Below, one piece after another: positions 57,631 through 64,000 of a DNA stretch of 64,000 nucleotides. Each line of letters begins with the position of its first letter. Position 1 is the first letter of the stretch. This DNA comes from an uncultured Chloroflexia bacterium. Its GTDB lineage: Bacteria > Chloroflexota > UBA6077 > JACCZL01. The DNA is taken from positions 608,001 through 672,000 of the forward strand of contig CAVXYC010000020.1 in NCBI GenBank assembly GCA_963765765.1, given 5' to 3'. The position numbers and the translations under genes were made by a program. The notes beneath the pieces are model-generated. The model saw only the letters and a program-made list of their open reading frames with translations, ran no database searches and had not been told where the DNA came from.

Positions 57631-57747
57631 TTTCCGGGAATCCGCACGCACCTAGTGGGCGCTTCATAGGGCTCCGTAGAGTGTGACAGGAATGGGACGC
57701 GGCGGGGCGGTCGGCGTGGTGGTGCCCGCCGGTACGCTGGGACGGCG

Positions 57748-58660
57748 ATGGAACGCACGTCCATGCCCCCGCTCGCGCCGGGAGTCCGCGACCGCCTGGA
57801 AGACTACGCGCGCGGGTTCCGCCCCCACTTCCAGCGAATCGACCAGAGCCTGCATGCCCGCGAGTACCTGCACGGGCTGCTCCTGGACGGCGCGCGCAAG
57901 TCGGTCGAGCCGATGGCGCGCCGCCTGGGGGTCGACGATCAGGCGCTGCAGCAGTTCGTCAATCAGAGCCCCTGGGACCAGGCGGCCGTCTGCGCGCCTA
58001 TCGTCGGCGGATGGCCGACGCTTTCGCCGAGCTCGGCGGCACCATCGTCATCGACGATACCAGCATCCCGAAGACGGGCCGCCACTCGGTCGGCGTCGCG
58101 TCCCAATGGTGCGGACTGCGCCAGAAGCGCACCAATTGCCAGGTGGCGGTCTCCTTGCACTATCGCACCGCCACCGCCGACTACCCCTGGCGCTGCGGCT
58201 GTACCTGCCGGAGTCGTGGACCCGCGATCCCGATCGGCTCACAACGGTCGGGGTCCCGAGGACGAGCGGGACCTCGTCGAAGTGGCGGATCGCTCTGGAC
58301 CTGCTGGATACGGTGCTGGCCGAGGATCTGCCCGCCGGGCTCATCGTGGCGGATGGCGCCTATGGCGAGTGTGGCGCCTTCCGCCAGGGCCTGGAGGACC
58401 GCGGCTGCGGTACATTGTCGGCCTGATGGGCACCGAGAAGGTGACCACCGCGCCCCCGTCTGGGTCCCCGCGGCCCGGCCGTGCCTCGTGGGCCGATCTG
58501 GAACCAGCCGGGTCCCCGCCGGTGGCGGTGCGCGACCTGGCCGCGACGGTGCGCGCCGAGGCCGTCACCTGGACCACCGTCACGGCCCGCGCACCGGTCA
58601 CTTCGCGGCGGTGCGGGTGTGGCGATCCCCGGGTACATCAATGGCGTGCCGCTCGCGGAT
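57748..58660 (+). mobile_element. IS701-family transposase, frameshifted and 3'-truncated
   Basis: YLHGLLLDGARKSVEPMA, LQQFVNQSPWD, IDDTSIPKTGRHSVGV, NCQVAV, VADGAYG. Confidence 0.9.
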
Positions 58661-58681
58661 CTCGACCGGGGAACGGTCGGG

Positions 58682-58847
58682 CAGGCCTGCTGGCTTCAGC
58701 GCTTTTTGGGCGATCGATGGGAGCGAGCGGAGCGATGCGCCACGCGATTGCAATGAGTGATTCGAGATCGGGATGGACATCTCCGAACGCCGCTGAGCTC
58801 GCTCCCCGCGGTCGCGAAAAAGCGCTGAAGCATTCACTACAAGCCTG
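58682..58847. repeat. ~165-bp element with long imperfect terminal inverted repeats (MITE-like)
   Basis: GCTTCAGCGCTTTTT...GGGAGCGAGC (58693-58728) pairs with GCTCGCTCCC...AAAAAGCGCTGAAGC (58797-58831); outer CAGGC/GCCTG. Confidence 0.7.
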
Positions 58848-58856
58848 AGGCGTTTC

Positions 58857-59606
58857 TTAATCCACCAGCGCTCCGCACGAAATATTGACTTCAGTCGAAG
58901 TCATCGTCCGCGCATGATCAGATGCCAGGAATGCCGCGACATTTCCAACGTCTTCTAACGTGGCAGCGCGCTTCAGAAGGGTTCCGTCCAGGATGGAAGC
59001 CATGATGTCGTCCGCCCCAGGAAAGTTCTTCGGCATCGTTTCGGGCACCCCGCCGGTCTTCATACTGACGACGCGGATACCGTGCGGCCCCAGCTCAGAA
59101 GCCCACTGACGGCGAAGGCCTTCTACGGCATCGAGTGCAATCTTGAACCCGCCTAGCCCCGGAAAGGTCTGAGGCCCTGAGCCCCCGAAGGTCAAGATCA
59201 CGCCACTCCCCTGCGGGATCATGTGCCGCGCCGCGGCGCTCGTCGTAAGAAATTGGGTTCTGGTGGCAGTAACGATTGGCTGTTGGAACTCATCCAACGT
59301 GATCTCAGTGAGCGGCTTCTGGACGTCGCGGTAGTCGATCACATTGAACGAGATATCTAGCTTCCCGGTTCGAGCGATCACGTCGTCGACAAACGCGTTG
59401 ACCTGACTCTCTTCAAGTGCGTCTACCACGGATGTATCGGCGACTCCGCCGTTCGAGCGGACGTCGGCCGCAACGTCTTCAAGCGATGATGCCGTGCGGC
59501 CCGCCAGAAAGACTCTTGCGCCCTCACGGGCGAATGCTCGCGCCGCGGCTCCGCCAATGTTTCCGCCACCGCCATAAATGACGGCCACTTTGTTTTCGAG
59601 CAGCAC
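58857..59606 (-). CDS. SDR-family oxidoreductase
   Basis: VIYGGGGNIG Rossmann motif, ELGPHGIRV, DVGNVAAFLASD. Confidence 0.9.
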   Translation of the reverse strand: MLLENKVAVIYGGGGNIGGAAARAFAREGARVFLAGRTASSLEDVAADVRSNGGVADTSVVDALEESQVNAFVDDVIARTGKLDISFNVIDYRDVQKPLTEITLDEFQQPIVTATRTQFLTTSAAARHMIPQGSGVILTFGGSGPQTFPGLGGFKIALDAVEGLRRQWASELGPHGIRVVSMKTGGVPETMPKNFPGADDIMASILDGTLLKRAATLEDVGNVAAFLASDHARTMTSTEVNISCGALVD

Positions 59607-59676
59607 GTTTCGTTACCCCCGACCCACCGGAGTTACCCATACATACGGCCGCGAAATGTACGCCGCGCTGGAACGG

Positions 59677-60343
59677 TCAGGCGGAAGGCGGCTGGTAGAC
59701 GACCACCGCAAGCGGCTTGCAACTGAAGTCGTTCACTGGCGTTAAGTCGTCCGGACATGCCGAAATCGCCACGAGCACATCGCGCTCGGCACGCACGTCG
59801 ACATAGTCGCCGGGCTCGGAGAACGGAGCCCCCATGCTCTTGCTTCCGTCTTTGCCGCCTCCACCCATGTTCATAAAGAAATTCAGGCAGCCGCCATCGC
59901 GAATCTCCTCGCGGCCGATGCCGAATGGGGCCAATGCGGCAGCAAAATTATCCCGGCACCCCTTCAGGCCCCATTCGCCAGTCCAGAAATGCCGAAGCTC
60001 CTTCACTGCAAAAGGCACCGCCCCACCAGTGCTGACCCACCGTGTCAGCAGCTATTGTGGCGATGGGCGCGCAATCCAGATCGTAGAGAACGTCTCCCGT
60101 CGTGAGCTGCTGCTTGAAGTTCATTGAAAGGCTGTAGCGCACGGAGACCTGTTTTCGGAAATCGCGCCGATCGTAGATAAGCACATCGGGAACTTGTTTC
60201 CCTTCAATATCCACAATCCGGATCACTTGACCTTTCGCGAGCTCGAAGGCGCCTGATCCCTTCGCGGGGACCACCTGAAGCTGAATGACGCGGCCCGAGA
60301 TGGGATCCTTGCCCGTCATGGACACCTGCTGATTGGCTGCCAT
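59677..60343 (-). CDS. DUF1989 (urea-carboxylase-associated family) protein (frameshift ~60010)
   Basis: GQVIRIVDIEGKQVPD, GCRDNF, LNFFMN, VAISACP. Confidence 0.85.
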
Positions 60344-60489
60344 ACTGCCTCCGATTGGCGCGCAGTATAGCGCAGACATGACGAAGGGCAGACCGCCAGC
60401 TTAACGCTGATTGCTCTCAGGCAGCATTGCGGAGTCGATGCTGTGAACACTGCCATCGACTTTGAATATATCGGCTCGACCTCCGCTTA

Positions 60490-61185
60490 CTAGTCGACAG
60501 ACTCCGATGAGCGCGGCGCCGGGGTGCTCTCCACTCGTTTCCCGCCGAGCTTGGATCGCACGAACGCGTGGAGGTGGGTCCGATTGTCTTTATAGATGTG
60601 GATTGCCGGCGGCAACGCGGACACGATGATGATGACCAGCACAATCGGAATCAGGAACTTGTCCACGTCCGGAATCACGCTGCCAAGGAAGTAGCCCGCG
60701 ATTGTCAGTCCGAGGGCCCAGCCAAGGCCGCCAAGGACGTTCCAGAACAGAAACTTCCGGTAGCTCATTTGCGCCATGCCAGCCACGATCGGAACGAAGG
60801 TGCGCACAGCGGGGAGGAACCTGGCCAGCACTATCGCTTTGCCGCCGTGCTTTTCATAGAACTCGTGCGCGGAAATCAGGTGTTTCTTGTGGAACCAAAG
60901 AGAATCCTCGCGAGTGAAAAGCTTGCGGCCGTAGCGCTCACCAAACCAATAGCCCACGCTGTCGCCAGTTATCGCGGCGATCGGCCAGAGCACGAGCATC
61001 AGCGGCAGACTAAGCACCTCCTGCGATGCCAGAAGGCCGAGTGTGAATAGCAGGCTGTCACCGGGGAGGAAAAATCCAAAGAAAAGCCCCGATTCCGCGA
61101 AGAGAACAAAGAATACGGCGAGATAGACGAGCGGGCCGATCGAGGCAACGACCGACCTCAGCAGCTCAGCGAGGTCGAAATGCAC
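60490..61185 (-). CDS. DedA/VTT membrane protein
   Basis: FAESGLFFGFFLPGDSLLF, GDSVGY, ARFLPAVRTF. Confidence 0.93.
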   Translation of the reverse strand: MHFDLAELLRSVVASIGPLVYLAVFFVLFAESGLFFGFFLPGDSLLFTLGLLASQEVLSLPLMLVLWPIAAITGDSVGYWFGERYGRKLFTREDSLWFHKKHLISAHEFYEKHGGKAIVLARFLPAVRTFVPIVAGMAQMSYRKFLFWNVLGGLGWALGLTIAGYFLGSVIPDVDKFLIPIVLVIIIVSALPPAIHIYKDNRTHLHAFVRSKLGGKRVESTPAPRSSESVD

Positions 61186-61228
61186 GAGGTTGGGCTCCTT
61201 TGCGAGCTAAGCGCGGTATTGTACCTGT

Positions 61229-62623
61229 TCAAGCGGCCGCGCGCCGAAGTACGGCAAGATCTGTCACCGTTCCCAGTCGTTCCAACGACAGCACCTGGTC
61301 TACGGTCTCACGCGCCTCATCGCGAGGAAGTCCCGCCCAGTTCGCGCAGCCCATGTACTTCTCGATGAGCTCATCGTCCGACATGGGGTTCGTCGGACTG
61401 CCCTTTCCGAAGTCGGCAAACCCTGAGATCACACGCCCGTCAGTCAGCTTGACGTCGATGATGGTCCGCATCTTGTCATAGCCAGCGGCCTCGGCATCTG
61501 GATGCACGCCGAAATCGATCTTTTCGATCATGGCCTTCACGTCCGGGCGATTTACCACTTCGTCGGTGAACTCTGCCAGTCCAGCTCGCCGCTCAAGCAA
61601 CAGTATGGCCATGCAAAATTCCATGCTGAACTTCGCTTGCAGCTCGGTCGTTGGGCGATGATGAATCAGCGCATTGGGCATGTTCTGATTGGTTCCTACC
61701 GAGACACTCACGACCTGGTCTGGTCTTATGTCGTTCTGGCGAATCAGATCCAGCATCAGCCCCATGCCCGGATGGGTGAGCGAGCCGGACGGATGCGGTT
61801 TGATCGACACCCCTGGATCAGCGAATGTCCACGGCTCGCCAAGCTTTCCATCTATAAGCTCGGCTTCGTAACCACCGGCCGCCGCCTTGAAGAATCCTCG
61901 ACCGGCCTCGAGCACGATCGGAGTGGCCGTGAGACCTCGCAAGGCCAGGTCTGACGCGACTACGCCATTCTCCGCGGCGCGCCCCGCGTGAAACGGCTTC
62001 ATCATGGTGCCGAAATTTTCGCGAAGACCGCTGGACTGGCTGGCAGCGATACCCATGGTCGTGCAAGCCGCGTCAACATCGCCGCCAAGAAGTCGAATGC
62101 AGGCCATCGCGGCCCCAAGCGCGCCCATGGTTCCCGTTGAATGAAAGCCATCCTGATAGTGCCGAGGGTAGATCGCTTCGGCGATCTTGCACTCGACCTC
62201 CACGCCAATCTGATACGCCAGCAACAAGTCTGCGCCTGAAAGCGCTCGACGCTCGGCAATTGCAAGCGCCGCGGGAAGGACCGGAGCGGTGGGATGCGTC
62301 AGTAATCCATAGACGCGGTCGGGAGCGGTGGCAAGCTGCGTATCGTCGTAATCGTCAGCGTGTATGGATACTCCATTAAGGAATGCCGCGAAGCGAGCAG
62401 GCGCTTTCTGTCCGGATCCGATGACCGTGGCATCGCCGCGCCCACCGAGCTCATCGACGTGTGCACGCAAAATCTCACTTCCGTGACTGCGCGATCCGGC
62501 GAGGGCCAGACCAAGCCCGTCCAGAATCGAGCGCTTTCCCAGATGCAGGACATCCGCCGGGATGTCGGCCAGGGTGACCGAGGTGGCGAACTCCGCGACG
62601 TATCGAGTGAGACTCACGTGCAT
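61229..62623 (-). CDS. MmgE/PrpD family protein
   Basis: HADDYDD, GFHSTG, KPFHAG, AKFS, GSPTNPMS. Confidence 0.9.
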   Translation of the reverse strand: MHVSLTRYVAEFATSVTLADIPADVLHLGKRSILDGLGLALAGSRSHGSEILRAHVDELGGRGDATVIGSGQKAPARFAAFLNGVSIHADDYDDTQLATAPDRVYGLLTHPTAPVLPAALAIAERRALSGADLLLAYQIGVEVECKIAEAIYPRHYQDGFHSTGTMGALGAAMACIRLLGGDVDAACTTMGIAASQSSGLRENFGTMMKPFHAGRAAENGVVASDLALRGLTATPIVLEAGRGFFKAAAGGYEAELIDGKLGEPWTFADPGVSIKPHPSGSLTHPGMGLMLDLIRQNDIRPDQVVSVSVGTNQNMPNALIHHRPTTELQAKFSMEFCMAILLLERRAGLAEFTDEVVNRPDVKAMIEKIDFGVHPDAEAAGYDKMRTIIDVKLTDGRVISGFADFGKGSPTNPMSDDELIEKYMGCANWAGLPRDEARETVDQVLSLERLGTVTDLAVLRRAAA

Positions 62624-62866
62624 GCTCCAATGAATGGTGAATGTCTGGACCAAATGCTAAATGATCGACCAAATGCTAGCGGATGCGCTAGATGAGAGCT
62701 ACTCGTGATTAGTCAGACTCAAGGGGCCTCGCCGTTTGGAGTGCCGGTGGCTGCGCCAGTCCTCGTGGCTACGCCGCCTGAATAGCGGAAATCGCAGCCT
62801 TCCGGTACTATCACGGTGATTGCGCCCCGCTCTTTCTGCGATCAATTTGACTCTGGAGGTGCACCG

Positions 62867-64000
62867 GTGACTGTTCCGGGCAAAGGCGGCCTGGAGGATG
62901 TCGTCGTCACGACGTCCGCCATCTGCGACATCGACGGCGTTGTTGGCGATGGGAAAGTCGCCAAGCTCTGGTACCGCGGCTACGACGTAAACGATCTGAT
63001 CTCGAACAACGTCAATTACGAGGCCGTTTCTTACCTATTACGCTATGGTGAGCTGCCGACTAAAGCGGAGCTCGCATCCTACACTGATCGCCTCGTGAAA
63101 GCGCGTGAGCTTGCCGGGCCCGTTATCGACATCCTCAAAGGATTGCCCAAGGGGACGCACCCACTGGTTGCTTACCGGACGGCGATGTCCGCATCCGCCG
63201 CGTACGACACCGACGCGGAATCGATGGAGAAAGAAGCGAACGAGCGCAAGGGCGATCGTGTGATTGCCGGTACTGCCACAATGGTCGCCGCATGGCGCCG
63301 CATCCGTGAAGGTAAGGACGTCGTCGCACCTCGAGCCGAGCTTTCACATGCCGCCAACTTTATGTACATGATGACTGGCGAGGAGCCATCGGCTCAGGTC
63401 ACGAAGACGATGGACGTTGCGCTGCTGCTCCACGCGGAACACGAGTTCAACGCGTCAACCTTCGCCGCGCGCGTTGCTACCGCGACCGAGGCCGACATGC
63501 ATTCGGCAGTCGTGACGGCTATCGGCGTACTGAAGGGGCCCAAGCACGGCGGGGCAAACGAAGACGTCGTGGACATGCTGGACGAGATTGGTACGGCGGC
63601 CAATGCCGAACCATGGGTGAAGGCGAAACTGGAGTATCGGAAGACACTCCCGCCGTCGGAGCGTCAGTCCATCCGAGCACGCATCCCGGGTTTCGGCCAT
63701 CGAGTCTATCGGATCACCGACCCACGGTCTGTACATTTACGCGCTGAGGGCGCTCGCCTGGCCGAGGAGAAGGGGCTGAGCGATCGATTCCAGATTCTGG
63801 AGATCGTCCGCGGTATTGTGGAGAAGGAGCTCGGCTTGCCCGGTCAACGTCGACTACTATTCGGCGGGCGTGTACGGTGCGCTCGGCATCCCAACAGAGT
63901 TCGCGACATCCATTTTCGCGGTGGCGCGCACATCTGGCTGGGTTGCACACATCTCCGAGCAGCTCGCCAACAATCGACTCATCCGACCGCGCTCAGATTA
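62867..64000 (+). CDS. Citrate or 2-methylcitrate synthase (runs off window; frameshift ~63840)
   Basis: Translated by hand from GTG 62867: [51 protein letters not shown]. Confidence 0.93.
   Translation, partial: MTVPGKGGLEDVVVTTSAICDIDGVVGDGKVAKLWYRGYDVNDLISNNVNYEAVSYLLRYGELPTKAELASYTDRLVKARELAGPVIDILKGLPKGTHPLVAYRTAMSASAAYDTDAESMEKEANERKGDRVIAGTATMVAAWRRIREGKDVVAPRAELSHAANFMYMMTGEEPSAQVTKTMDVALLLHAEHEFNASTFAARVATATEADMHSAVVTAIGVLKGPKHGGANEDVVDMLDEIGTAANAEPWVKAKLEYRKTLPPSERQSIRARIPGFGHRVYRITDPRSVHLRAEGARLAEEKGLSDRFQILEIVRGIVEKELGLPGQRRLLFGGRVRCARHPNRVRDIHFRGGAHIWLGCTHLRAARQQSTHPTALRL

Noticed and set aside
57651-57700. Defined IS701 left end and CTAG target site
   Set aside because: A CTAG is present near 57652, but no matching right end or duplication was found, so the boundaries cannot be called.
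60344-60489. Guanidine riboswitch upstream of DUF1989
   Set aside because: No guanidine-I consensus or paired ACGR hairpins visible.
8959-63900. Numerous frameshifts read as programmed frameshifting or mass pseudogenisation
   Set aside because: They are single-base shifts, often at short G/C runs, in otherwise well-conserved genes (xfp, tkt, glk, RND, citrate synthase). Long-read indel error is simpler, though polishing is needed to confirm.

Overview
A GC-rich bacterial window, probably Chloroflexota (inferred from protein styles, not proven). Many otherwise intact genes carry single-base frameshifts, which most likely are long-read indel errors. The first ~20 kb is an accessory or island-like region. 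It opens with three tandem attachment-site-like modules ending in fragments of three different tRNAs (Lys-CTT, Pro-GGG, Thr-CGT). These are followed by a tyrosine integrase split by a complete ISKra4-type IS with a 9-bp target duplication, a 183-bp MITE sharing that IS's ends, a Cre-like recombinase relic, a PIN-like gene between two lox/dif-like palindromic sites, and assorted secreted or membrane genes. From 21.5 to 44 kb is a co-directional phosphoketolase cluster (ackA, xfp, P-type ATPase, Cof, glk, tkt, HAD, tal, pgi, DUF2090 aldolase, MFS, LURP-one, rpiA, AI-2E, holin-like/ABC1 kinase). It resembles a bifid-shunt or non-oxidative glycolysis module and has no oxidative pentose phosphate genes. 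From 44 to 64 kb are a cation/H+ antiporter with a structured terminator-containing leader, SRAP, RsbQ plus a PAS histidine kinase, MFS and RND efflux genes, an L,D-transpeptidase, sodC, an IS701 relic, another inverted-repeat element, SDR, DUF1989, DedA, MmgE/PrpD and a citrate synthase running off the end. I saw no CRISPR array, rRNA or intact tRNA.
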